NCBI GenBank assembly: GCA_951406725.2
Contig: OX597814.1
Span: forward strand, 217,310,001 to 217,374,000
Direction: 5' to 3'
Length of the DNA stretch: 64,000 nucleotides
Origin: Octopus vulgaris
Taxonomy: Eukaryota
Both the position numbers and the translations under genes were made by a program. Shown here piece after piece: positions 1 through 12,460 of this stretch (the stretch's first letter is position 1; each line of letters starts with the position of its first letter). The notes beneath the pieces were generated by a model. It was not told the origin of the DNA, did no database searches, and worked only from the letters and a program-made list of their open reading frames with translations.

Positions 1-121
1 CCAGTGCGTAACTGGTACTTAATTTATCGACCCCGAAAGGATGAAAGGCAAAGTCGACCTCGGTAGAATTTGAACTCACAACGTAACGGCAGACGAAATA
101 CCGCTAAGCATTTCGCCCGGC
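1..121 (-). mobile_element. SINE family C (tRNA-like head + Nin/Deu-like core), partial
   Basis: Minus strand carries the core GGTCGACTTTGCCTTTCATCCTTTCGGGGTCGATAAATTAAGTACCAG, which recurs many times in the window. Confidence 0.85.
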
Positions 122-320
122 ACCACCACCACTACCTCCATCATTGCTATCATAGTGGTGGTGATTATGCTCATCAGCAGTGTCATCATCATCATCATCA
201 TCGTTGTCATCGTGGTCATGGTCGTCGTCATCACCATCAACACCATCGTCTTTGTCATTGTTATCATCTTCGCCATCACCACCGCCGCTGCTGATACAAC
301 CACTACCACCACCACCATCA
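121..320. repeat. (CAT/CAC)n degenerate trinucleotide microsatellite
   Basis: Directly visible; explains the poly-His/Ser/Met ORFs. Confidence 0.9.
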
Positions 321-522
321 TACATATGTGACTCCAGGCGTATGTTTGTGCAGGCGTGCTTAGACGCATGCAGTCGCGCCATCGTATACATACGTGTGTG
401 TGTGCGTGTGTGTGTGCGTGTGTGTGTGCGTGCGCGTACACTTTTCTTTGTCACCTCATATATATGTCAGTCAGATAACCGTGGTGAAAATTACTTCAGC
501 ATCTGTTTATCACAAACCAACA

Positions 523-907
523 GTGGAGGCGCAATGGCCTAGTGGTTAGGGCAGCGGACTCGCGGTCATAGGATCGCGGTTTCGATTCCCAGCCCGGGTG
601 TTGTGAGTGTTTATTGAGCGAAAACACCTAAAGCTCCACGAGGCTCCGGCAGGGGATGGTGGTGATCCCTGCTGTACTCTTTCACCACAACTTTCTCTCA
701 CTCTTACTTCCTGTTTCTGTTGTACCTGTATTTCAAAGGGCCGGCCTTGTCACTCTCTGTGTCGCGCTGAATATCCCCGAGAACTACGTTAAGGGTGCAC
801 GTGTCTGTGGAGTGCTCAGCCACTTACACGTTAATTTCACGAGCAGGCTGTTCCGTTGATTCGGATCAACCGGAACCCTCATCGTCGTAACCGACGGAGT
901 GCTTCCA
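523..907 (+). mobile_element. SINE family A (tRNA-Arg-like head, about 385 bp; resembles octopus OR-type SINEs)
   Basis: A-box TGGCCTAGTGG, B-box-like GGTTTCGATTCCC, near-identical to 7 other copies; ends GGAGTGCTTCCA. Confidence 0.92.
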
Positions 908-1165
908 CATATATATGTGTCTGCCAGATTACCGTGGTGAAAATTACTTCAGCATCTGTTTATCACGAACCATTGCTACCGATAACAAGTACATCATATA
1001 AATCTCTTTCCTTTGCTTCATTCTTCATTCAATGCCCGTATATCATCGCAGCCGGGTCTTAAACGCGATCAGTTTATCTTTTTAAACGGCAACAAAACCT
1101 GTTGAACGGATCCCCTGAGTTTCACACGACCAATGCTCGCATTAACCATTTACTATAAATGTTGT

Positions 1166-1365
<200 letters not shown>

Positions 1366-1455
1366 TCAATTAATCCCGGGTCAGCCCTGACTGAGAAGAC
1401 TTGAGATCAAAGGTTTGAACGTAGATTTATATTACTCAAGCTATCTACGATCATG

Positions 1456-1722
1456 TGTTGAGGGTAAATTATGAAGCTATAGTACTTCCTTAACAATCCA
1501 ACTTCAGTTATACTTTAACATCGGTAGTTTGGTGTACAATAACGAGTATAAAGCTAAAATTGTAGTCTGTGTGATTAGTTTGTGAATTCGTCGCCAATAG
1601 TTCAAGCATGGCTTCCTTCTCTTGTTTTAACCATCTTCACGTTAAACTGAGCAGCTGTCTTTGTTTTTTTTTTGCGGTATGTTAAATGTTTTCTTCCCAA
1701 AGAACAATATGAAGTATGTATG

Positions 1723-1756
<34 letters not shown>

Positions 1757-2703
1757 TGTATGTATGTATGTATGTATGTATGTATGTATGTATGTATGTA
1801 TGGAGATGGATAGATGGATGGATATAATGTTTTTCTTTGAGTTTTATTGAAGTCCTACTTAAGAGAGATGAAGCCGTAGCTAACAAAACGACAAGACTGA
1901 GATTAGTGGCAGAGTGAAAATCTGTAAGACGTTCCAAAGATTCTCCATCTGAGATTCTTTAGACAGCTCAACCCCAACACACCAACTCAACCACATATTT
2001 ACAAGCACTGGGAACTCTCTCAGACTTGTCGTTTTGTTAGCTTCGGCTTCATCTCTCTTCAGTAGGACTTCAATAAAACTCAAAGAAAAACATTATATCC
2101 ATCCATCCATCCGTCCATCTATACATACATACATAAATACAAACATACATACATACATACATACATACATGCATGCGTACACACATACACACGTACATAC
2201 GTATATACATACATACATACATACATACATACATACATACATACATACATACATACATACATACATACATACATACATACGTACACACATACACACGTAC
2301 ATACATACATACATACAAACATACATACATACATGAATACGTACGCACATACATACATACATACATACATACACACATACATACATACATACATACATAC
2401 ATACATACATACATACATACATACATACATACATACATACATACTTCATATTGTTCTTTGGGAAGAAAACATTTAACATACCGCAAAAAAAAAACCGAAG
2501 ACAGCTGCTCAGTTTAACGTGAAGATGGTTAAAACAAGAGAAGGAAGCCATGCTTGAACTATTGGCGACGAATTCACAAACTAATCACACAGACTACAAT
2601 TTTAGCTTTATACTCGTTATTGTACACCAAACTACCGATGTTAAGGTATAACTGAAGTTGGATTGTTAAAGAAGTACTATGGCTTCATAATTTACCCTCA
2701 ACA
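1456..2703. repeat. Long inverted repeat (arms 1456-1902 and 2018-2703, spacer about 115 bp), each arm containing a (TATG)n tract
   Basis: TGTTGAGGGTAAATTATGAAG at 1456 is the reverse complement of the sequence ending 2703; the arms match throughout except for microsatellite length. Confidence 0.92.
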
Positions 2704-2847
2704 GATTTCTTTTTTCTTTTTGCTCTTTCTTCGAAAAACCTTGTATTCTTGGTTTTTGTGTAAGTCTGTAGGTACATAGCCTAATGAACCGTTGATGATA
2801 GATAAGGTATAAGAACTGTAAGTTTCGCATTAATTTACCAGAAATGC

Positions 2848-3066
2848 ATGTATGTATGTATGTATGTATGTATGTATGTATGTATGTATGTATGTATAGA
2901 TGTATGTATGTATGTATGTATGTATGTATGTGAGTGTGTGTATGTATGTAAGTATGTATGTATGTATGTATGTGTGTATGTATGTGTGTATGTATGTGTG
3001 TATGTATGTGTGTATGTATGTATGTGTGTGTGTATGTATGTATGTGTGTATGTATGTATGTATGTA

Positions 3067-3097
<31 letters not shown>

Positions 3098-3312
3098 GTA
3101 TGTGTGTATGTATGTATGTGTGTGTGTATGTATGTATGTATGTGTGTATGTATGTATGTATGTATGTATGTATGTATGTGTGTATGTGTGTATGTATGTA
3201 TGTACGCATGTATGTACGTATGTATGTATGTGTGTGTGTATGTATGTATGTATGTATGTATGTATGTATGTATGTGTGTGTGTATGTATGTATGTATGTG
3301 TGTATGTGTGTA

Positions 3313-3343
<31 letters not shown>

Positions 3344-3652
3344 GTATGTATGTATGTATGTATGTATGTATGTATGTATGTGTGTGTGTATGTATCTATG
3401 TATGTATGTATGTATGTATGTATGTATGTATGTGTGTGTGTATGTATCTATGTATGTATGTATGTATGTATGTATGTATGTATGTATGTATGTATGTATG
3501 TATGTATGTGTGTGTGTATGTATGTATGTATGTGTGTATGTGTGTATGTGTGTGTGTATGTATGTATGTGTGTGTATGTATGTATGTACGTATGTATGTA
3601 TGTATGTGTGTGTGTATGTATCTATGTATGTATGTATGTATGTATGTATGTA
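2848..3652. repeat. (TATG/TG)n compound microsatellite, about 800 bp
   Basis: Directly visible. Confidence 0.95.
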
Positions 3653-3983
3653 TACTCGTTTTCTTCTACTCTTAAGTATTTGAAGTCTTCCTGCAAGTGA
3701 AGGAACTGGTTGCTAACGAATACAGGAAAGAGCATCATTGGAATGTAGGTAGAACCCAATGTTTGCGACAAGATACGAAATCACTGTAAAAGAAAATATA
3801 CGGTAAAAAGATACGCTTTCTCTATTCTATCATTGCAACTCTGCAAACCATTTCAATAGCTTTTGTCCATTTTATAAGACGAATAAATACGTAGGCTGGT
3901 CTATAGGGTAGTCGTGCATCTATCGTCAACCTCACAAATCCCCTCAGTTCAATGGATTTGAAGATAATTTATATGAATCACTG

Positions 3984-4370
3984 GTGGAGGCGCAATGGCC
4001 CAGTGGTTAGGGCAGCGGACTCGCGGTCGTAGGATCGCGGTTTCGATTCCCAGACCGGGCGTTGTGAGTGTTTATTGAGCGAAAACACCTAAAAAGCTCC
4101 ACGAGGCTCCGGTAGGGGATGGTGGTGATCCCTGCTGTACTCTTTCGCCACAACTTTCTCTCACTCTTACTTCCTGTTTCTGTTGTACCTGTATTTCAAA
4201 GGGCCGGCCTTGTCACTCTCTGTGTCACGCTGAATATCCCCGAGAACTACGTTAAGGGTACACGTGTCTGTGGAGTGCTGAGCCACTTACGCGTTAATTT
4301 CACGAGCAGGCTGTTCCGTTGATTCGGATCAACCGGAACCCTCATCGTCGTAATCGACAGAGTGCTTCTA
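3984..4370 (+). mobile_element. SINE family A with TSD TATATGAATCACTG
   Basis: Full-length copy; 14-bp direct repeat at 3970-3983 and 4374-4387. Confidence 0.93.
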
Positions 4371-4408
4371 TCATATATGAATCACTGTAAATATAGTGCA
4401 ATCATATA

Positions 4409-4660
4409 CTGCGGCAGTCCACAACCCTTGCACTACGAACCGGTTTCACGCAAGAGAGTCTTTACCCACGGACAGGGGGATCACGAGTATAATTATCACA
4501 TATACAATACAAATATATTACATATGTAATACGTGTATAATGCAAAAACAACCTGCAATAAAATAGAAATGAATTTTAAAATTTAATCCGTTTTTGCTAC
4601 CCTGTACCAATTGATCCACGACCCGGTACTTCTCGGTGACCCAGTCGATGAAGACCCCTG
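4409..4660. mobile_element. Diverged hAT-Charlie (MER1-like) MITE
   Basis: Ends resemble CAG..GTCCCCAACC and ...GACCCCTG; degenerate, no TSD confirmed. Confidence 0.4.
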
Positions 4661-4832
4661 ATTTGCGAAATATAAAGTCGCATATTTTTCTTACCCACTT
4701 ATTTATCAGTAGGTAACTGACACAAGATGTAATGTAGCCTTATGTTGGCATTTAAGTAAATCACACATGCTTTACATGTTGTCATTTAGTAAACCCTTTA
4801 TTATTTTCGCTCGGTAACGATATATGTTGCTC

Positions 4833-4901
<69 letters not shown>

Positions 4902-4934
4902 AATTCCTTTTTATTTCAGTTATATGTTAGCGTG

Positions 4935-5150
4935 GGCAGAGGTAACGAGCTCAGTGAACTGTTAGAGCATCGAAAAAATACGTTGCGATATTCCTTCCGT
5001 CTCAAACGTACTGGGTTCAAATTACAGCGAGGTCAGCTTGCTTTTCATCCTTTTAGGGTCGATAAAATGAAGTACCATGGTTGATGATATCCTGATATCC
5101 ATTAGACACCTCTCCTCAAAACTATTGGCCTCGTGCCTAAATGAAAAATA
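4935..5150 (+). mobile_element. SINE family C, diverged
   Basis: GGTCAGCTTGCTTTTCATCCTTTTAGGGTCGATAAAATGAAGTACC core and GGCCTCGTGCCTAAA tail. Confidence 0.7.
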
Positions 5151-5239
5151 GTTATAGGCTAATGCAGGCGGTATGGATGCCATTTTCTCCCCTACATCCA
5201 ATAATTATATATTATGTAATTGCTTGTAGATATAGTGGA

Positions 5240-5626
5240 TGGAAGCACTCCGTCGGTTACGACGACGAGGGTTCCGGTTGATCCGAATCAACGGAACAGC
5301 CTGCTCGTGAAATTAACGTGTAAGTGGCTGAGCACTCCACAGACACGTGTACCCTTAACGTAGTTCTCGGGGATATTCAGCGTGACACAGAGAGTGACAA
5401 GGCCGGCCCTTTGAAATACAGGTACAACAGAAACAGGAAGTAAGAGTGAGAGAAAGTTGTGGTGAAAGAGGTACAGCAGGGATCACCACCATCTCCTTCC
5501 GGAGCCTCGTGGAGCTTTTAGGTGTTTTCGCTCAATAAACACTCACAACGCCCGGTCTGGGAATCGAAACCGCAACCCTATGACCGCGAGTCCGCTGCCC
5601 TAACCACTGGGCCATTGCACCTCCAC
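5240..5626 (-). mobile_element. SINE family A
   Basis: Reverse complement of the 523-907 copy. Confidence 0.92.
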
Positions 5627-6205
5627 AAATTCATTGAATTAGGAGTAGTCATTAATAGGCTGAGTCTCCGCAAGAGTAATTACATTCAATATACGACCAA
5701 AATACCTTACTTTCAAACTACACTAAATTCAGAAACGTCTGCCTAAACTGAAATCCGCCGCATTTTTACATGGTTCTGACGTTGCCATTTATATGAACGG
5801 GGAAACTGGCTTTAGTTACAGACCAAAGAATCATTAAATCCAGCGACTGACGGACTTTGAACATCTAGAGCTTACATAATGCACACAACATTTCCATTGG
5901 CTAAAAATTAACGGAAATGTTTGACATATTTGGCAGCCTTTGAGAGATTGATGTGACTACAAATAAATACGATCATTTTCTTTTCTTTTCGACGATTCGG
6001 TTGACTTACTTGTCAGAAGTAAATAAGTCATAGGAGTGTCACACGCACACACACGAATGGAGTGTGTAAAGGTGGGTGTATTTATAGGTATATATACATA
6101 TACACATACACACACATATGAAGAGAGAGAGAGAGAGAGAGAGTAAGTTTTTCACAAGTCAGAAAAATCAGTAGGCGCTCGTATACTATCTAATAGTGTT
6201 TGTAT

Positions 6206-6590
6206 GTGGAGGCGCAATGACCCAGTGGTTAGGGCAGCGGACTCGCGGTCATAGGATCGCGGTTTCGATTCCCAGACCGGGCGTTGTGAGTGTTTATTGA
6301 GCGAAAACACCTAAAGCTCCACGAGGCTCCGGCAGGGGATGGTGGTGATCCCTGCTGTACTCTTTCACCACAACTTTCTCTCACTCTTACTTCCTGTTTC
6401 TGTTGTACCTGTATTTCAAGGGGCCGGCCTTGTCACTCTCTGTGTCACGCTGAATGTCCCCGAGACCTACGTTAAGGGTACACGTGTCTGTGGAGTGCTC
6501 AGCCACTTGCACGTTAATTTCACGAGCAGGCTGTTCCGTTGATTCGGATCAACCGGAACCCTCGTCGTCGTAACCGACGGAGTGCTTCCA
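6206..6590 (+). mobile_element. SINE family A with TSD AGTGTTTGTAT
   Basis: Full-length copy with an 11-bp flanking direct repeat. Confidence 0.93.
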
Positions 6591-6618
6591 CCAGTGTTTG
6601 TATAGTATTTATACAATA

Positions 6619-8075
6619 CTACCAGAGATACCCGGCGTTGCTCGGGATTAAAATGGTATAGTTTGTTTATCTATATTGTGTTGAAACAGGTGATTTGGGA
6701 AAATGCAGCACTGACGACAAAACATTTGTGGAGTAAATGATTGTCTAATTCGACTAATCGACATGTAATACGCCCATTTGGAGGATTCCATGCCCTAATC
6801 TGTCATAGAAAATTTGGGGTTTGGGGGTATGTGACTTTTAAACCCACCGAAAAGCTGGTAGTGGATATACTGGCCTTTGAGGCGGTCAGTGCTGCGTCTA
6901 ACACGACTCATCGTGTGGTTGAATGGAGATATTTTACGTTAATTCTGGAAACGGCTGCAATGGGAGACGGTAACGGAGAAGTGAACTTGTAGTGATCCTA
7001 TAACGGTGCGCGCGCGCGCACCGTCCATTTTCTATTTCGCGCGTGCGAGTGTTGGTGCCTTCACCAAGGCACAGAAAGGAAGGGCCCTCTCGCGCATGCG
7101 CGAACCACCGGAAGCACGACCCTTTTGCCTACGTGGTAGTTAGCCAAGGCAAGGGGGTCGTAGAACGTTTGACCGCTAGCAGCAGTCAGCGGGGACTTGG
7201 GACAGCTGCGACCGAAGGAGACGGACGTGTTTTCTCGCTGTCCAGCTTTGATAGCAGTCGGCCGAAAGCTTTTAACCAAATTGTTGCCGACCACATTCAT
7301 CTTCCCTGTTCCGGACGCCATATTTAACCCGTTCTGTTTTTAGCGGCTGAACATTGTAAATATTACAATCCATTAACTTTCAGCCTTGCGCGCCCAGAAC
7401 CAAGGACATCAGATAACCACTTATTGTTACTGTTACCAAGAAAGAGAATAAAGTAGTATATATATATCTTTTACGTCTGCGTCTTGTTGTTTCTGACTGG
7501 TAGAATTCTGGATTATTAAAGCAACGGCTAGTGATTGCTTTCTTGTACCCCGAAAGTACAAGAGAAGATATTCACTCACACTAAGTTCGTTACAAACTGT
7601 TGAAAGACGTTGATGAGGAGCTGGTAATACTGGGAATCTTACCTTACCGCCTGAGCAACACATGCCATTAGTTTCATTTGGAAATTTGAAAGCTTTCTCG
7701 AAATGACAATTTGAGTATTGCACACCAATTTGTACAGAATTATCATTTTTATAAGAATGGGATGGATCATATCTGAAAGCAGCACCTACTGTTGTGAAGA
7801 AGGGTTATTGTATTGGACCTCTGTCTAACCTGGCGTGCTAAACGTTGCTCTAATTACTCAGCATTAAGTATTGCAGCATGCCTTAGCTGATCTTGGGAAT
7901 CTCTCATCTCCCTTCTCTCTTGAGACTCCATTTGATATGTTGCAGCATACCTCTGCTGATCTTGAGAAAGTCTCATCTCCTTTCTCTGTTGATACATTCG
8001 CCTTCGGTTTTCTGAGATCGTCCTCGCTTTATACGTGTTTTCGGAGAGATTACGTCTTTTCTTTGGTGGCATATT
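6619..8075 (-). mobile_element. Internally deleted Helitron with Rep-Hel N-terminal remnants
   Basis: 3' hairpin CCCGAGCAACGCCGGG near 6630-6647; ORF 7854-8072 (MPPKKRRNLS..RLSQDQQR..) resembles the STPR-like Helitron N-terminus; ORF 7433-7723 has the Helitron zinc-finger motif KFPNETNGMCCSGGKVRFPVLPAP; 5' end not located. Confidence 0.75.
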
Positions 8076-10011
8076 TTTTCAATATTGTAAACAAAAAGTA
8101 TGAACATAGAAAAAATATACATTAATCTCTATTTTTGTAAGCAGTTGTACGTATATAGTGTGTCCGTATTTTTGTATGCAGTATAAATTAAGGGGCCAAC
8201 GTAGAGGGGACAATGCAAGGACATGTGGGGACATAACAAATTGGAAAAAAGAAAAAACGAAAGAAGAAATAAAACCAAAAACGTATGATATTAATGGATG
8301 ATACATGAAACTGAGAAATGGACTGAAGCTCTCTCAGCTCCACCTTTGAGTCACTTCATTTATACCTTTGTTCACTTTTTATATTTCGTGCCTGCCAGGA
8401 CATCGAACTTGTACTCTTTCAATAGTTGTACGTACTCCAAATGCCATGGTAATTTTCCAAAATTCAGGTCTATCTCCCACATTTTAAAATCGCTTCTAAC
8501 CGTTTTGATTCTTTCAAGTGCGTAACTTTAGGGTTCGTTTTTGTTTTTTACAACTCTAGTTTTCCTTTCTGCTCATTAATTTGCAGACTAGTGAGTGGAT
8601 TTGGTAGACGGAAACTGAAAGAAGCCCGTCGTGTATATATTCTTATTTTCTTATTTTATCACCGGCTTTTAAGCGAGTCTTGTTTGTTGTTGTTTTCGTT
8701 TTTTAGTTGGATTTTTTTTCATTGTCAGTGTTTTGGTAATTTCTCATCAAATTTTTTTTTACCCCAAGTAATTTTTTTTAATATATATAATTTGCATTAT
8801 AAATATAAATTGCTTCAGTTTCATATCATTATCTCGAATAAAGAACTTTTCAATTAATCTCGTTTTTAACTGATTTTCTCTAAACCTTGTGGAAGTCCAG
8901 AGTAAACAAAGTTTGAGTACTTGTGAGGTTTAAAAGTACAGTATTCCTTTATTCTTTTGTATTCCTTTATTCTTTTGTGTTCCAGTCCAAGACTGTAGCC
9001 TTCCTGAAACACTTCAGTAGTGAATTAATTTTCCTTCAATGTAAACTACCTTTTCAAGGTTCAAATGTTTTCTTATATTTCTATCGAAACCTTGACGGCC
9101 ATAAAGATCAGCTCTTTACCAGATAACTTCAGACGGGGCTAAAATATTTAAGGGTCACTCACTAACTTTGCTTTTTATCTGAAATATTTTCAGAAACGAA
9201 TGTTTTAGCAGTGTTGCTATTCTTTTGGAAATTTTCTAAGACTTTTCTTTCTTCTACGTTGTTTAACTCTAACTCCCAGATCTCCGGTGATGAAAGAGTT
9301 TTGTCTTTTGGGAGAGAAAAAGGCTGCTTTTTTTCTTTCTATTTATCCCGTAATTGACTTCTACTGCTGTAGGTTGTTCACTATACATTTCAGTGATTGC
9401 TAATGAGGCAGTGTTATAACGATTCTTTTCTCACAGAGCGTTTTAATTAATAACTAGCACAAACATAGGTAGGTGCCAGAATCTGTAGGGGCATTGGAGA
9501 AATTACTCTAATCTCATCAGCATATTTTATTTACCCTTCTGGGGACTGGTAAGATAGAAAGCAATTTAATCCGTCTTGGTTCTTCCTTGCAAAATATGTG
9601 GCTCTGCGCCAATGCTAGACCACCCCTGGAACAACAATAACACCAATTTAGCAAGATAATTAAACAATGATAACTAATTTTTTTCATAATGTTATTCAGG
9701 ATTTTCTTTGAGATGATGAAGATGGTTTCCATCCGATTCCAAAATAACAAAAACTTAATTTATTTATGCATTTTTGTTTTTTTAAAGCAAGAAAGAAATC
9801 ATAATCGGAAATGAAAGAAAACAAAGATGCAAAGACGGTTCCCAGATAAGATCAACTGATAATTAACTGAAGAACACAACGCCCTCTCTGGGGCGTCTGC
9901 AATCATAAAGTTAACAAAAGATTACTGTTTGTTTTGTGATTATGTTCATAATTTTACTAATTAAATTGTTTACATTATTAATAATTGTGGCTGATAGTTT
10001 TCTGGGAATAT

Positions 10012-10423
10012 CTCTTTCTCTTTTCTCTTTTACTTGTTTCAGTCATTTGACTGCGGCCATGCTGGAGCACCGCCTTTAGTCGAGCAAATCGACCCCAGGA
10101 CTTATTCTTTGTAAGCCCAGTACTTATTCTATCGGTCTTTTTTGCCGAACCGCTAAGTGACGGGGACGTAAACACACCAGCATCGGTTGTCAAGCAATGC
10201 TAGGGGGACAAACACAGATACACAAACACATACACATACATATATATATATACATATATACGACACGACAGGCTTCTTTTAGTTTCCGTCTACCAAATCC
10301 ACTCACAAGGCATTGGTCGGCCCGGGGCTATAGTAGAAGACACTTGCCCAAGATGCCACGCAGTGGGACTGAACCCGGAACCATGTGGTTGGTTAGCAAG
10401 CTACTTACCACACAGCCACTCCT
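10012..10423 (-). mobile_element. SINE family B (tRNA-like head, internal microsatellite, CR1-like tail) with a 67-bp flanking duplication
   Basis: Head GGAGTGGCTGTGTGGTAAG, tail GGCGGTGCTCCAGCATGGCCGCAGTCAAATGACTGAAAC; 9945-10011 equals 10426-10492. Confidence 0.92.
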
Positions 10424-10539
10424 ATTTCATAATTTTACTAATTAAATTGTTTACATTATTAATAATTGTGGCTGATAGTTTTCTGGGAATATATTGCAGA
10501 AGCATTTTTTTATTATTATCATTCCTCCTATAATAATAA

Positions 10540-10965
10540 TCCTTTCTACTATAGGCACAAAGGTCTGAAACTTTGGGGGAGGGCGCTAATCAATTACATC
10601 GACCCCAGTGCGTAACTGGTGCTTATTCTATCGACCCCGAAAAGATGACAGGCAAAGTCGACCTTGGTGGAATTTGAACTCAGAACGCAAAGACGGGCGA
10701 AATGCCGCTAAGCATTTTCCCCGGCGCGATAACGAACCTGCCGGCTCGCTGCCTAATAATGATAATAATTCTTTCTACTAAATTTGTGTGGAGGTGGGGC
10801 TAGTCGATTATATCAACTCCCAGTGCTCAACTGGTACTTGTTTCATCGACCGCGAAAGGATGAAATGCTAGGCCGACCTCTGCAGTAAATTGAAATCAGA
10901 ACGTAGTAAAGACGGACGAAACACTGCTAAGCATTTTGTCCGACAGGTTAAGGATCCCGCCAGCT
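10540..10965 (-). mobile_element. Two tandem SINE family C copies with (ATT)n tails
   Basis: Copies at about 10540-10753 and 10770-10965, each preceded on + by (AAT)n CCTTTCTACTA. Confidence 0.85.
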
Positions 10966-10984
10966 AAAAATAATAATAATAATG

Positions 10985-11027
<43 letters not shown>

Positions 11028-11040
11028 TAATAATGATAAT

Positions 11041-11714
11041 AGTATAAATTAAGACATGACAGAGTTGGCCAATATCTACACTGGCTAATAAGTCGGCATT
11101 ACAATATCAAAACTGCCGACAAGTGGTATAATCACCACCCCGAGGCTGTAACTGAAGGAGAAAATGTAACGATTCTGTGGGACTTTCCAGTACATACAGA
11201 CCGAACCATCAAGGCCAATAAACCAGATATTGTTGTGAAAGACCAAAACAATAAAGTTTGCTTATTGATCGACGTGAGCATCCCCTGTGATCATAATATC
11301 TCAGTGAAAGAGTTTGACAAGCTCAGAAAATACAAAGACCTACTCATTGAAATTGAGAAAATGTGGCATCTCAAGGCGGTTACAATACCAGTGATCGTAG
11401 GAGCACTAGGAATGATCAAGAAGGGAACCGAAAATTATATGAGAATGATCTCTGGCTTACCATCCCTGCAAGAAGTGCAAAAGATTGTCTTAACTGGTAC
11501 ATCACACGTATTGAGAAGAGCATTGTCGATGTGAGAACTGTTGCTGCTCATGTATTTTAATTTAACTTTAAAAAAAATTTTTTAAAAATGAACGAACTAC
11601 TGAGTTTGGTTTAATGGCCTACCAATGAATACTATGAGTTTCTTTGCCCTAGGAGTCGGGAAGACACTCGGCAAGAAATGGAAGCAAATTTGAAAGAAGA
11701 AGAAACAAATTAAC

Positions 11715-11715
<1 letters not shown>
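11041..11715 (+). mobile_element. 5'-truncated R4/Dong-clade non-LTR retrotransposon (RLE domain + 3' UTR)
   Basis: RHD..ILWDF..KPDIVV..IDVSIP..K..KYKDL restriction-like endonuclease motifs; stop at 11534; flanked by (TAA)n on both sides. Confidence 0.9.
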
Positions 11716-11756
<41 letters not shown>

Positions 11757-11775
11757 TATGATAATAATAATAATG

Positions 11776-11812
<37 letters not shown>

Positions 11813-11838
11813 TAATAATAATAATAATAATAATAATA

Positions 11839-11897
<59 letters not shown>

Positions 11898-11899
11898 TG

Positions 11900-11944
<45 letters not shown>

Positions 11945-11945
<1 letters not shown>

Positions 11946-12381
11946 CGGTTTCAAATTTTGGCACAAGGCCACCAATTTCGGGGGAGGAGAAAAGTCGATT
12001 GCATTGACCCCAGTACTCAACTTATTTTATCGACTTCGAGAAGAAAGGCAAAGTCAACCACGGCCGAATTTGAACTCAGAATGCCAAGACGGACGAATGC
12101 CGCTAAGCATTTTGCCCACCCTGCTAACGATTCTGCCAGAGCTCACCGCCTTGATAATAGTAATAATGGTTTCAAATTTTGCCACAATGAGAGCAATTTG
12201 ATGGAAGGGGACTAGTCGATTGCATCGACCCTCAGTGTTCAGCTGGTAATTATTTAATCGACCCCGAAAGGGTGAAAGGCAAAGCCAACCTCGGCGGAAT
12301 TTGATCTCAGAACGTAGCGACGGGCAAAATACCGCTAAGCATGTTGCCCAGCCAGCTAACGATTCTGCCAGCCCACTGCCT
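11945..12381 (-). mobile_element. Two tandem SINE family C copies
   Basis: Core and head motifs at about 11945-12150 and 12165-12381. Confidence 0.85.
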
Positions 12382-12429
12382 AAATAAAAAGATGATAATA
12401 ATAATAATAATAATTATAATAATAATAAC

Positions 12430-12458
<29 letters not shown>

Positions 12459-12460
<2 letters not shown>

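Noticed and set aside
523-595. tRNA-Arg(TCG)-like gene
   Set aside because: It is the SINE head: the acceptor stem is not intact and it continues into the SINE body in every copy.
607-859. Recurrent ORFs MFIERKHLK.. / MVVIPAVLF.. that look like a small gene family
   Set aside because: They lie within SINE A copies; the recurrence reflects repeat identity.
9100-9430. Possible host exon on the minus strand
   Set aside because: The frames I read contain stops and no recognisable domain; splice signals are unconvincing.
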